A DNA stretch of 64,000 bases from assembly GCF_009914755.1 (NCBI RefSeq), contig NC_060946.1; one strand, given 5' to 3'. The notes beneath the pieces were generated by a model that saw only the letters and a program-made list of their open reading frames with translations, ran no database searches and was not told where the DNA came from. The position numbers were made by a program, and so were the translations under genes. Origin of the DNA: the human T2T-CHM13v2.0 reference genome, Homo sapiens. Below, piece after piece: positions 19,134-39,710 of this stretch (positions are counted from its first letter, which is position 1; each line of letters begins with the position of its first letter).

Positions 19134-19423
19134 TGAGTTTTTAGCTTCTCATATAATTATCCTAAAAAATCCTAAGAGTTTTACTTAAGTTTCTTTTTAT
19201 CATGTGTTATAAAAATTGACAGGGAAGTGGCTAAACCAGATTAAAATTACACAAGCTCTAAGAGTCAAGTCTCTGTTAGGCAGGCTTAGGAAAGACAGAA
19301 CTGGAAATACTCCACCAGCATGGACATCTGAAACATGGGGTCCACTTTCTGTTCCAGCCCTGCCAGATCCACCCTCTTCTATGGCTTCACCCAGGTCTGG
19401 CCTCACCCTAGAATCTTTTCTCA

Positions 19424-19523
19424 CAGAACTGATTCAAGGAGATCAGAGATTTGGGCGGGGGCTCCTGCTGCCTCAGAACTGATTAAAGGAGACCAGAGAT
19501 TCGGGCGGGGGCTCCTGCTGCCT
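19424..19523. repeat. 50-bp tandem duplication
   Basis: CAGAACTGATTCAAGGAGATCAGAGATTTGGGCGGGGGCTCCTGCTGCCT x2, 3 mismatches. Confidence 0.95.
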
Positions 19524-20293
19524 CCTGAGCTGGTGCCCACAATTTCCTAAAGTGGAAAAGCAGATAAATGGAAGAAAATCATTGCATATTTGGGGAACAT
19601 AATTTCTTTTCCATTGAAGCCAGTGCTTCTAGAGACATCCTACCTAGCAACTTGTTTTCCATTCTTGCAAATCCAGTGGCTGCTACACAAGGCACAGAAA
19701 GTAAATATAAATATAAAACATCTCTCTGAACAGTTCACCCTTTTTTCTCTATCCCTTGCATCTGTCGACATAGCTTTTATTCTGCACATTTTGTTTTTCA
19801 GGTAAATACTTTTTAAAATGGAAGAAAAAATAGAAATGCTAGGCCTGTCATTTAAATCCTGAAAATTACAGAAAACTTAGCACCCAGCTGCCAGTGTGCT
19901 ATGAGGACTAACTCACATCATGTAATATTTCCTGAACAGTGCTCTGTAACAGACTTCTGAACACATAGTACGTGCTCAATAAAGATTGTATTAACTCATG
20001 TGTGCATGTTTTCCAAATGCAGACTTACTCAAACATTGGTGCCTTCTCTAGGCTTTCTAAACTGTAAAGAGCCAGCAGAAAATGACATGTTTGAAAAAGG
20101 AGATTGGTGGTTTCCACTTTGGGCCAAAAGTACTTGTGTTGTGGTAAGAGTGTTGGGTGTCATGAGCTCTGTGCTGTGCCTACTTTCCCTAGCTGAGTGC
20201 TACTATATTGGATGTAGTGGAAGAAACATCAGCATTAAGAGGAGACTTTTTAAAGAAGCCAATTCACGGACCCCTTCCAAACCTTCAGAATCA

Positions 20294-20665
<372 letters not shown>

Positions 20666-20809
20666 GAAACTTGAGAGGCAATGCTTAGCTAAGTGGCTCT
20701 CGGCCCATGCTTCCAGCCATAATCACATGGCCAGCTTAAAGAAATACCATCACCTGTGCCCTCCCCAGAGACTCTGTCTATTGGTCTTGGTGGGATCCTC
20801 TATGTGGTT

Positions 20810-23176
<2,367 letters not shown>

Positions 23177-23556
23177 TTAGATTAGGCAAAAAAATTTTTA
23201 ATAAAAATAAATAAAAAATATTCTATTTTAAGAATGGTATAGAAAGACAATTTGACGCATTAGAGTAGTTGGTACTTAGCACATACAATATGTTAGGTAA
23301 GGTTCTAAGCCCCTTAGACATTTATGGACAGAATATGTAACAGTACAATAAATAACACAAAGGTTCATCGGCAATGACAAATTGACATATTTTCAATCAT
23401 ATTAGATGATAGCTAAACCATTAACAAATTTACTGTTTTGTTTCATAATAAAAAACAAGGTTAAAAAGTTTGACTAATTAGGCATACGGATAAATGGGCA
23501 GCATTTTGACCAGTAGACAGAGGATACACATTTTCAAAGACCAGACAAAATTATTT

Positions 23557-24643
23557 ATTTATTTTTGGTGAGAGAGAACAGTTTTATTAACTGAGGATAC
23601 AGTGGAGTCTTCTCCCTGGGAGGTGAGGTCTTCCACTGGTTACCCCCACCAGGGCTCCAGTGGGCGCCATGCGATTCAGCGCTGGACTCCGCTGGGGGCC
23701 GGGCCTTGGAGAAGGCGAACTGTGCAGGGAAGCAGCAGCTCTGGGGTCCTTACCGCCCGCTCCGCCCAGCTGCGCCGGGTCTCCTGGTGCTCCTCAGGCT
23801 CCTGCCGAGTCTGCGTCTCTGGAGGGCAGCGAACCATCCTGCCCAGAACCTTATCCTGACAGCCCAGTTTGATGCAGGTCAGCCATTTCTGCTTCCTCCC
23901 TCGGGCTGGACTTGGCACTTGGGTTTCTTCCAATCCTTCCTCCGGCCACTTCTCTGTCTGCCGGAGCTTAAATTTCAGCCTCACACATGTTCCAGCTGGG
24001 AAGGGCGTGTCCAGGGCGCCATCCACACTGGTTTTCTGGAAATCCTGCTGCACTGGCTGGTGCTTGTAGATTCCTCCAGGACCACCTGCAGGCCCCGGCG
24101 CCGGGCCCCTGAGCTCGGACCCGCCCCCCGCACTCCCGCGCCCACCCACGGGGCCAGCGAGATCCACAGCCCTCTCAGTCTTCCCCTTTCACCCCCGTCC
24201 TGCGAAGTGGGTGTGCACCCCTTAGTTCTCCGAGCCCGCCTGGAGCCACCTCCTCCCCTGCCCCTGGGGGTTCCATGCCCGCAGAACGCTGGGCAGAGGC
24301 GAATGAACCGGGAAATGTCCCTTTCTCCACACTGACCTTGGAGTCTGTTGGGTCCTCTCCACTCCCTCCCACCCTGCCCACGCTGTTCCCTGGGGCCCTC
24401 AGTTTCAGCAAAATTCCCTGCCGCGCCGGGAAGCTGTCCTGTTTCCCACTCTCACCCTTCTTCCTTTTCTGGCCCACTCTCTCTCCCCACTGGGTCTCCG
24501 ACATGACTCTCTCTCCTCCTGGCTGTCCTGGAGCCCCTCTTTGCTTCCCCAGCTCAGTCCCCTCTCTGACCGCTTCTCCCTCCCACCCCCGACCGAATCT
24601 CCTGGCTCCCACGGGGGGACCCAAATCCCCAGGACCCAGGTCA
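23557..24643 (-). pseudogene. RARRES2P: Processed pseudogene of RARRES2 (chemerin)
   Basis: Minus-strand translation KHQPVQQDFQKTSVDGALDTPFPAGTCVRLKFKL...GRKQKWLTCIKLGCQDKVLGRMVRCP..EEHQET parallels chemerin (KHPPVQWAFQETSVESAVDTPFPAGIFVRLEFKL...GRKRKCLACIKLGSEDKVLGRLVHCP..EEHQET). No introns in the CDS, AATAAA at ~23583-23588, A-rich tail, 17-bp TSD. Has frameshifts and has lost the ATG. Confidence 0.92.
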
Positions 24644-24739
24644 ACCACACATAATTATTTTGAATGGGAAGACTTGAATTCATGAAAGAAGGAATCCATC
24701 TGGTCATACTTTAAATAATTTTGAAATGATAATAGCAAC

Positions 24740-26750
24740 TATCAATTTAAAGTTTAACCAGAGTTCAGAATACCCACCATTTTACCACAAAGAAAAAAAA
24801 AACCTGTTATAACTAACCAATTCAGTAAATTTTCAGGATACAATATTAACATATGAACATCAGGTGCATGTTTTTACAGTAACAACAGAATATCTGAAAA
24901 AGGAATAAAGATAATTCCATTTACGATATGATCAAATAGAATGGAACACTTAGGAACAAAGTGTTGGAATGGAACACTTAGAAAAAAGAATATGAAAAAT
25001 CAGCATACTGAAAACTATAAAATGTTGAGGAAAGAAAATGAAGAATACAAAATGGGAAATATATCCTGTATGCATGGATTCTAAAAATATTGTTAAAATA
25101 TCCATAGTACACAAAGTGATCTACAGGGTTAAATAAATTTCTATCAAAATTTTAATGCCATTTTATTAAAAATGCAGAACAACTATTTTAAAATTAGTAT
25201 GGAATCACAAAAGACCTTAAATAGCCAAATACTGAGAAGAACAAAAAGGCTGGAAGCCTCCCACTTCCTGATTTCAAACTGTATTACAAAACTATAGCCA
25301 TCAAAATAGTATAGTACCTACATAAAAACCAATATAACAGAATAGGGGACCCAGAAATAAACTCACAAATATACAGTCAACCTATCCCACAGAATAGAGA
25401 AAGGATAAACACATCAAGGAGTGGTGTAGGAAAAACTAGATATGCAGAGACAAAAAGTACACCTTTCTCTCATACCATCACAAAATGAATTTGAAATGAA
25501 ATAAAGACTTAAACATAAGAACTGAAATCATGAATCCTCTAAAAAAATGGGGAAAAACCTCCTTGACACTGGTCATGGCAATGATACTTTGGATTTGACA
25601 GCAGGAGCGCAGTCAACAAATGCAAAAATGAACAAGTGGAACTATGTCAAAGTAAAAAGTTTCTGCCCAATAAAGGAAACAATCAGCAAAATATAAAGGC
25701 ATTATATGAAATGGGAGAAAACATTTCTAAACCATAGGTAGGATAATATGTTACTATCCAAAACGTATATCATACTATTCAATACAAAAGAAGAACCCAC
25801 AGCAGAATTAAAAGCAATTTCTTGATTAATAATTGGGTAAAATATATAAATAGCAATTTTTCCAAAGATATACAAATGGCCAATAGATATATAAAAAATG
25901 TTCAACATCACTAATTATCAGAGTAATTAAAATCAAAATCACAATGAGGTATCACCTTATCGTGGTGTTTGGATACCTATTATCAAAAAGTCAAAGGATA
26001 AAATCATTAGGGTGCAGAGAAAAGAGAACTCTTGCACACTGTTGCTGAGGATGTCAAATGGTGCAGCTATTATGAAAAACAGCATGGAGGTTCCTTATAA
26101 TTTTTAAACTAGAATTACCATTAATCCCAATTCGGAGTATATAGCCAAAGGAAATAAAATCAGTATCGTCAAGGGTATCTGCACTCCTCTGATACAGATA
26201 AATAAATAAACTGAGAGGTATATAATTTCAGCTTTAATAAAAAATGAAACTTTCATTTACAAAAAATACTGATAAATTTTGAAGATATTATGCTAAGAGA
26301 AAGCTTAAGCTGAATACAGAAGGACAATTACTGCATGATCTCGTTTGTATGTAAAATCTAGAAAAGCAAATAAAAATTAAAAAGTCATGGAAAGAGAGTA
26401 GAACGGTGGTCCCCATGGGCTAGTAAGAGGGAAAGTGGGGAGATATCCATGGAAGGGGTTCACTTTCAGTTATAAGGTGAGTAACTGCTGGGGACCTAAT
26501 GTACACAATGGTGACTATAGTTAACAATACTGTGTACTTGAAATTTGTTGCAAAAGTAGATCTCAGGTTCTCTCAACACACACACAGAAATGTATTAACT
26601 ATGTGAGGGGACACATATGGTAACTAGCTTAATTGAGATAATTTAAAGATGTATACACATCTCAAAACCCTCTTGTACACCCTAAAAATATACACTTTTC
26701 AATTTGTCAAACATAGCTCAATGAATGGAGAAAAAAATAGGAGAAAAAAT
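24740..26750 (+). mobile_element. Old L1M (L1MA/MB-like) 3' part
   Basis: Degenerate ORF2 and 3'UTR motifs (GGTGACTATAGTTAACAATACTG...), A-rich end. Confidence 0.8.
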
Positions 26751-26827
26751 ATAAGAGTGACCAGCAGGTCATATCTAGCCACATGGAAACTCGATTTAAA
26801 ACACTCTTGGCTTCTTAATTTTTGTAA

Positions 26828-30246
<3,419 letters not shown>

Positions 30247-30379
30247 GCCTGTTGAAGAACAATTTCAAGGAGCTGGGAAATGCATAAAGCCTGAAAGGAT
30301 AGGGTTCTCTTAATGTGCCGCTCAAAACAAAACAAAAATTTTTGTGAACAGAAAACCTGACCAGAAAAATACATTACAA

Positions 30380-30398
30380 TGACCACTAGGTGGCGATG
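30380..30398 (+). promoter_or_regulatory. CTCF consensus motif
   Basis: TGACCACTAGGTGGCGATG matches the CCASYAGRKGGCR core; occupancy unknown. Confidence 0.5.
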
Positions 30399-30749
30399 GA
30401 GTATTGCTGAAGGGACAGGAAACAATAAGCTGAGTCTGAACTGTGGCCAGAAAGATGTGAAACTAAGCAGCAAGGCAGCCCAAATATGAAATATTGATTG
30501 CAACCCATGTGGTTAGTGTATTTATCGATACCACAGAAGCAGCAGCCAAAAGGAGAGCGGACATATATTCTCTCTCTAAAGAATAAAGTTGACTTAAAAA
30601 CTTTTCTCTCAGAACTTTACTGAAATAGCACTGGAACAAGCAGCGATAGTTAACCAGGGAGTCTGGAACTGCCATAGTATTCACTGAAAGAAAAGGGAAA
30701 CTGAAATTAATGAAGCAGACAAACCTCTCCCCAGGTCATGGTACCAGAA

Positions 30750-31160
30750 ATGTTGATGGCTGATGTAATACCTTGGTTCTTATCTTCTTAGTTTAAAAGA
30801 ATTTAAACAAGAGACACACAGCAAAAGAAGTACAGCATAATTTATTGCAAAAAAAAGAGAATATTTTGAAAATTAATTGCAGAATAGACGGGACAGTCTG
30901 AGAAAGAGATTCCAGGGCAGCCTGCTCATGAAAGTGAGACAGCTCTAATTATTGCTGGAGAAACCCCCTTTATGGGAGTTTTGCATGATTATTCATAAGA
31001 AGGTGGAAAGAAGCGTTGCAGAAAGCACGTTCTGACTGGTCTTCTGGGTGCACAGTGCAGTAGCTGTACACATTTGTGCATGCATTGCATGTCTCATTAA
31101 CATCTTAAATCTCCACCCAGGAATGTGTTTTTTACTGTTAAAATAAACAAAGGGTCAGGT
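30750..31160 (-). mobile_element. Probable ERV1-class (MER4-group) solo LTR
   Basis: AAAGAATTTAAACAAGAGACACACAGC...TTTATTGC...CATGATTATTCATAAG...TCTTAAATCTCCACCCAGG pattern; family not resolved. Confidence 0.5.
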
Positions 31161-32029
31161 TGCATTCTAAAATGCAAATGCTTTTTAGAAGTAAAAGCCC
31201 CTACTGATGATAGCGGGTTTCAAATGACCCCAAGTGCTCCACATCTTAAAAGTTGCTCCCATAAAGCTGGAACACTATCTGTTCCTGAGGTATCAGGTCC
31301 CACATGTGGCTCTGAGTCACTGGCAAGCCAGGCCTGACTTGAAATGAGACCATTAATTTCAAGTGTAAAATGCCTAAATAGTCAGCAACTTCAGGTTGCA
31401 TTTTGAAGCTTGTCCACTTAAATGGGTTGATGAAAATGGCTCACAAGACTCACGCTTCGGAGTCTAAGCAGATTTTGTGCAACCCAATAATTAAACTTCT
31501 GATGACTAGACTTTCACAATTGTGAAAAAGGCGACTTTGAGAGTGATATTTCCAGGAAGCCACAGCCCTTGTCACCCCCTGCAGAGCTCTGAAGCTGCTC
31601 ACAAGCAGGCCAGGTGAAAGATTTCTCTCAAAAACGGTTGAGTGCGTGCTCTGGCTAGAGAAAAAAGAGGGCTGCGGCATAATGGACAGTGTCTTGGACA
31701 TCAGGAAAGTTTCCACAGCAGTTTAGGAAAAAAGGCAGCGCCTAGGGCTGCAGAAGACGTAATGCTCTGGAAAGAACCCTGGGTGCAATTGAAAGAGGAA
31801 CCTGAGAATGATAGGCACAATCGGGTGAGGACAAAGCGGCCATTTGGGAAAAGGGAAGGTGTCTTCGTAGAGTAATACCCTCCTCAATGCCCAGCCCAGA
31901 CCTGCCCTCCAGGTGCACCTCTGTACTCACTCTCCTTGCAAATAGTCGGCATAGCATAAGAACTCAGCAGTGCTTTGGACTCCGGGAAGTCCACACCACT
32001 CTGACCCTCCCTCCAGGGCTATGCACCCC

Positions 32030-32915
32030 GGATGCTGGTACATGCTGGGAGTATAGTTCTGAAGCCTAACGACAAACAGACTGAAAGTAGTTAACGGACT
32101 ACAGCTCCCATCATATTAGGTGGGGCGCGTACCACTCTGCCCCTTCTTCCAGGTCTGCGCCTCGCCCTGGAGCCTGGCGCATGCTGGGACTGTAGTCCTG
32201 TAGCCCTTTGACCAAAGGGTTGGGAGTGTTTATGAGAATACATCTTCCAGCAATCCTAGGGAGGCGCACACAGCCCAGTCTCTTCCTCCAGTGACACGCA
32301 TTGTCCCTGAGACTAGTGCATGCTAAGATTGTAGTCCTGCAGCTCTTTGAGGAAAGGGCTGGAAGAGTTTATGAGCATATATCTCCCAGCAAACCTAGGG
32401 AGATGCACACAGCCCCGTCTATTTTTCCAGTGAAGAGCACTGTCCCTGACCCTGGTGAATACTGGGATGGTAGTCCTGTAGCCACGGGACCGGAAAGTCT
32501 GGGAGTCTTTATGAAACTACATCTCCCAGCAAGTAGAAGGAGGCACCCACAGTCCAGTCTCTTCCACCAGTAATGGGCACTGTCCCCGAGCTGTGTGCAT
32601 GCTGGGACTGTAGTCTTGCAGCCCGGTGATGAAAGGGCTGGGAGTTTATGAGACTACATCTCCCAGCAAGCCCACCGAGGCGCGCACGGCCCTGCCTCTT
32701 CCTCCAGTGACGCGCACTTTCCCTGAGTCCGTTGCATGCTAGGATTGTAGTGCTGCAGCCCTGTAACCAAAGGACTGGGAGCGTTTATGAGACTGCATCT
32801 CCCAGCAAGACCAGCGAGAAGTGCGGAGCGTAGTCCCTTCCTCCAGAGATTAGCGCACTCTCCCTGAGCCTGGTGCATTCTGAGATTGCAGTGCTGCAGC
32901 CCTGTGACCAAAGAG
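32030..32915. repeat. ~139-bp GC-rich tandem repeat (ACRO1-like satellite), ~6.5 units
   Basis: CATGCTGGGA.TGTAGT recurs at ~32040, 32179, 32318, 32457, 32597, 32734, 32875. The ACRO1 assignment is from memory. Confidence 0.8.
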
Positions 32916-33099
32916 CTTTGTTATAGTTATCTGTGAAGTATTCAACAAACTACTTTACTTAATTATTACTGGAAGCCAGAACTTCAGTTGCGTTCACTTT
33001 TTGGATTTTATATGAGTGAAATTGTATAATATGTATACTTTTACATCGACTTTCTTCTATTCAACATTATATTTACGGTATTAATTCATGATATTGCAG

Positions 33100-34289
33100 A
33101 TAGCTATAGTTTGTTTATTTAAAAGTTATTTTTTTTACTTTGTGGTAAAGTGTACATCAAATTAACCATTTTAGCTATTGTAAGTGTGCAGCTCAGAAAA
33201 ATTAACTACATTCACAATGTTTTGCAACTATCATTCCCATTTATAGGGACCTTCTTTCAACTTGCAGAAACAAAACTCTATACCCATTAAATAAGCTCCT
33301 TGTTACTCCCCCTCAGGCTCCTAGGAACCACTCTTTTACTTGGGTTTCTAGTATTTCTTTACTCTAAGTATCTCATAATTGGAATGATTCAGTATTTGTT
33401 CTTTTATGACTGGCTCGTGTCACTTTGCACAATGTCCTTAAGGTTCATGAATGACATACCATGTGTCAGAATTTCCTTATTTTACATAGCTGAATAATAT
33501 TCCACTGTATGTATAAATCACATTTTATCTATTTATTCATTGATGGTAATTCAAACAACACTTGAGTAATTCAAACAGCTTTCTGGTGATGTGAGTAATG
33601 TTGCTGTGAACCTAGGTGTACGTGTATTATTTTCTGTCTTTGCTTTCCTATCTTTTGCTACATACCCAGATGTGAAATTGCTGGATCGTATGGTGAAATT
33701 ACGTGTAAATTTTTTAGTTATTATGTTGTTATTTTATAGTAGCTGTAGCATTTTACATTTCCACCAACAGTGTACAAGGGTTCTAATTGCTCCACATCCT
33801 CACCAACACTTGTGATTTTCTGTTGTTTTCTTTCTTTTGGTAGTAGCTATGCTGATGGGTATTAACTGATATGTCATTTGGGGTTAGATTTGCATTTCAC
33901 TAATGATGAGTTTTGTTGAGCATCTTTTCATGTGCTTATTAGCCACTTTACATAATTTTTAGAGAAATGTCTGCTTAGGATTTTTGCCAATATTTTAAAC
34001 AGGTAGCTTGTGTTATTGTTGCTGAATTGTTCTTTGCATATTCTGGATAGATTCTGATTCGTCTATTTTTCTTTTGTTTCTTGTGTTTTGGGTGTCCTGT
34101 TTAAAAAAAAAAAAAAAAACTGCCAAATCCAGTGTATGATATGTTTCCCCTATATTTTGTTCTAAGAATTTTGTAGTTTTAGTTCTTACATTTAGGTATT
34201 TGATCCAGTTAGTTAATTTTTTCTTATGGTATAAGTGAAGGGCCCAGGTTCATTCTTTTACTTGTGAGTACCCAATTTCGCCAGCACCG
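33100..34289 (-). mobile_element. Old L1M (L1MB-like) 3' part
   Basis: Reverse-strand L1M 3'UTR/ORF2 motifs (ATTTTACATTTCCACCAACAGTGTACAAGGGTTC, GATTTGCATTTCACTAATGAT). Confidence 0.8.
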
Positions 34290-35497
34290 TTCTGCCTCTG
34301 ACCGTCGGTCCTGTGTGGGTTTACTTGGAGGTGCTTTGCCTTGGAGAAAGGAGGCGGGTGGACAGTGTGGGGGCAATACAGCCCTGATAACACCTTGACT
34401 TAAGCCCAGTAAGACACGTGAGCAACAGGCACCCTTGCAGAGGGCAAAGCAAAGTGGAATGCGAAACCACACTTCAGTCGGCCTAAGTGTGACTCCTGTG
34501 AGGACGGGACTATCCGCCTCGCGCTCCTTTGCAGGCTCAACGTGGGGCTATCTCATCTGTGAACCATGTGGATGAAAAACGGACAACCACCCGAGTCTCG
34601 GCTCATTGCTCTCTGGGCAATTCTCTCATTCCCTGGGAGACGAAATTCGTCTGAATCGCTCCCGGATGAAGTAATCCAGGCTGGTGATCTGGAGGGCCGG
34701 TGAGCGCCCCGCAGGCCAACGCGGCTGTGGGCCGACCACTTAGACCGCACTGGGCACCCAACATTTTTCCGGAGTGCGAGGTCCTGCTGGTCCTGGAGGC
34801 AGAAGACCGCTTTTCTCTCTGCCTTCCTTTCTCTGTCCCTTCCTTCCTCCCTCCTTCCCTCTCTTCCTCCTTTTATCCCTCCATCCCTTCCAAGGTCCCT
34901 CCGTGCATCCGTTCTTTCCTCCCTCCATCGCTCCCTCCCTCTCTGTCTCCGTTCGTCTCCTGCTCTCTGCCTGAGTTCCCTCCCGCGTAGAAAGGGCAGC
35001 ACCCCGGTTTGCGCGGGGACTCTGGTCTGCATTTAGCTGTCAGGCGCTCCTCGGTGATGGCGAGGAAGCTGGCGGGGCACGGGTAGGCGAGTGACGGTGG
35101 CGGGGGGAGGCAGAGGCGGCGAGACGAGGAAAGAAGAGCATGACTGGCGGCTGCCCGCGACAGTGTTTCCCGAGATGGGGGTCTCCGCCCACTGTACTGA
35201 AGAACGCGGGTGGGTGGGGGGAAAAGGGATGAGAGCTCCGCCTGGACTAGTTAGAAAACCTAGGCTGCTGCCTGCAAAACCGCGCATGAGCAGTAGACAG
35301 TCTACCTCCCGGTACCTGGACGGGCTCTGGGATCCCCGGGATGCTCGGGAAAGAATGACGGCCCTCCACTGTGTGGGGTCTCTCACGGGACCTGGAACTC
35401 AGAGATCCTAGGCAGGTCAGCTGGAAGGGAAGACACGCCTCTCCATACGGAGTCAGAGGTTCACCACGAAAGAGAGGCCGCCGCCCCAACCCCGCGC
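34290..35497 (-). repeat. D4Z4-like unit sequence downstream of the DUX4 stop (KpnI boundary and start of next unit)
   Basis: GGTACC at 35311-35316. The minus strand reads GGTACC...CTACTGCTCATGCGCGGTTTTGCAGGCAGC, like the D4Z4 unit start, followed by a GGGA-rich tract. Confidence 0.75.
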
Positions 35498-36290
35498 CTA
35501 AAGCTCCTCCAGCAGAGCCCTGTGTTCTTCCTGGCTGAGGAGTGGTTCCAGCGGAGCGGGCTCTTCCACGTCCTTCAGCTCCCCCAGTGGAGCCGGATCT
35601 AGGAAAGGTTGTGCCTTTTGCTGAAACTCTAGGGTCGACAGGAGCTCATCTAATAGGCTGGGAGTGAGTGCAGACCAGCGTCTTGGCTCCTGGAGTGGTT
35701 GGGAGGCGCCTGAATGGCTTGCATCTGTGCTTGATGCGGAGGCCTACGGGGTCACGAGCTTCGGAGGTGGAGGTGCCCAGTCTTTGGTTTCCCACGCAGC
35801 CCTGGCGACCTGGGGCTCCAGTTCTACCGCAGACTCTGGTGGGACGTGGGTGGCGCAAGCACATCTTGGCCCTGTGACTCAGCTTGAGGGGCCCCAAGCT
35901 GTCCCACTGAGCACGCGCCCAGCAGGCCGCCGTGCTTTGGGTCCTGGTCCTCCTGGCATTTGTTGGGGTGCAGAGGCCACCGAGGAGTCTGAGGGTGGGA
36001 CAAACCCACTGTCGGAGGAGCCAGGGCAGCGAACACAAAATCCTCGCATGCCGGGGCAGTTTGGGAGATTCCTTCTGCCTGTGCAGCCTGGCTGGGCTGG
36101 CATGGCTGGCTGGGGCAGGGCCTGGCTCGGTCAGGGCCAGGCTGGGCCAGGCCTTGCTGCCTGGCTCACGAAAGCCCCCTGTGGGAGAGCCCCAGGCGCG
36201 CAGGCTGTGTGGGGTGTGGGAAGCCCCGTTCCCCACGCCTGGGTGTGGGTGAACTCTAGTGAGGGAGGAGTGTGACATCCCCCGGGGGTG
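35498..36290 (-). pseudogene. DUX4L: DUX4-like pseudogene fragment (C-terminal ~60%, no homeoboxes)
   Basis: Minus-strand peptides [39 protein letters not shown]...[11 protein letters not shown] and ...[22 protein letters not shown]...[13 protein letters not shown] (stop at 35498-35500) match DUX4; frameshifted. Confidence 0.92.
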
Positions 36291-38197
<1,907 letters not shown>

Positions 38198-38199
38198 GT

Positions 38200-38815
<616 letters not shown>

Positions 38816-38843
38816 CTTGTCTGTAGTTTTTAAAACAAAAAAC

Positions 38844-39160
<317 letters not shown>

Positions 39161-39169
39161 TTACAAATA

Positions 39170-39710
39170 TATATATCTACCATTATAGTGTCATACAGAA
39201 TGGTTTTACTGCCGTGAAGATTCTCTGTGCTCTGTGTATCCATCTCTTCCTTCCCCTTGGTCCATGGCAGCCACTGATCTTTCTACTGTTCTCATGGTTT
39301 CACCATTTCCAGAATGTCATATAATTGGAATTGAACAGTACATAGACTTTTCGGATTGGCTTCTTCTTTTAGTAATATGCTTTTAAGTTTCCTCCATGTA
39401 TTTTTTTCTGGCTTGATAGATCATCTCTTGCTAGCAGTGAATAATATCCCATTCACATTATACTTTTTTCAAGACTCACAATGTACAGAGTGAAGAGTAA
39501 ACGTGAATGTGCACTGTAAGCTTTGAGTGATAATGAAGGGTCAAGGTAGGTTTCTGGTTGTCACAAGTGTGCTCCTGTGAGGCAGGAAGCTGTAGTGGGG
39601 AGGCTGTGTGCGGGGAAAGGGACATATGGGAAGCCTGTCCTCTCTGCTCCGTTTAGTTGTGAACCTGCACTTCTCTAAAAAATAAAATTAGTTAAAATTG
39701 AAAGCCAAAA
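39170..39710. mobile_element. Ancient L1M 3'UTR fragments in both orientations
   Basis: CCACTGATCTTTCTACTGTTCTCATGGTTT...CCAGAATGTCATATAATTGG (minus), followed by a plus fragment ending CTCTAAAAAATAAAAT. Confidence 0.55.

Noticed and set aside
23706-24707. Plus-strand 209-aa and other ORFs over the RARRES2 retrocopy
   Set aside because: Antisense or shadow frames of GC-rich sequence with no recognisable homology
31450-31960. Possible FRG2 exon, given the duplicon context
   Set aside because: None of the translations resembles FRG2 as I recall it
35646-36278. 210-aa (-) and 203-aa (+) ORFs over the DUX4-like remnant
   Set aside because: Mostly off-frame or antisense to DUX4; expected in GC-rich DNA; no homeodomain
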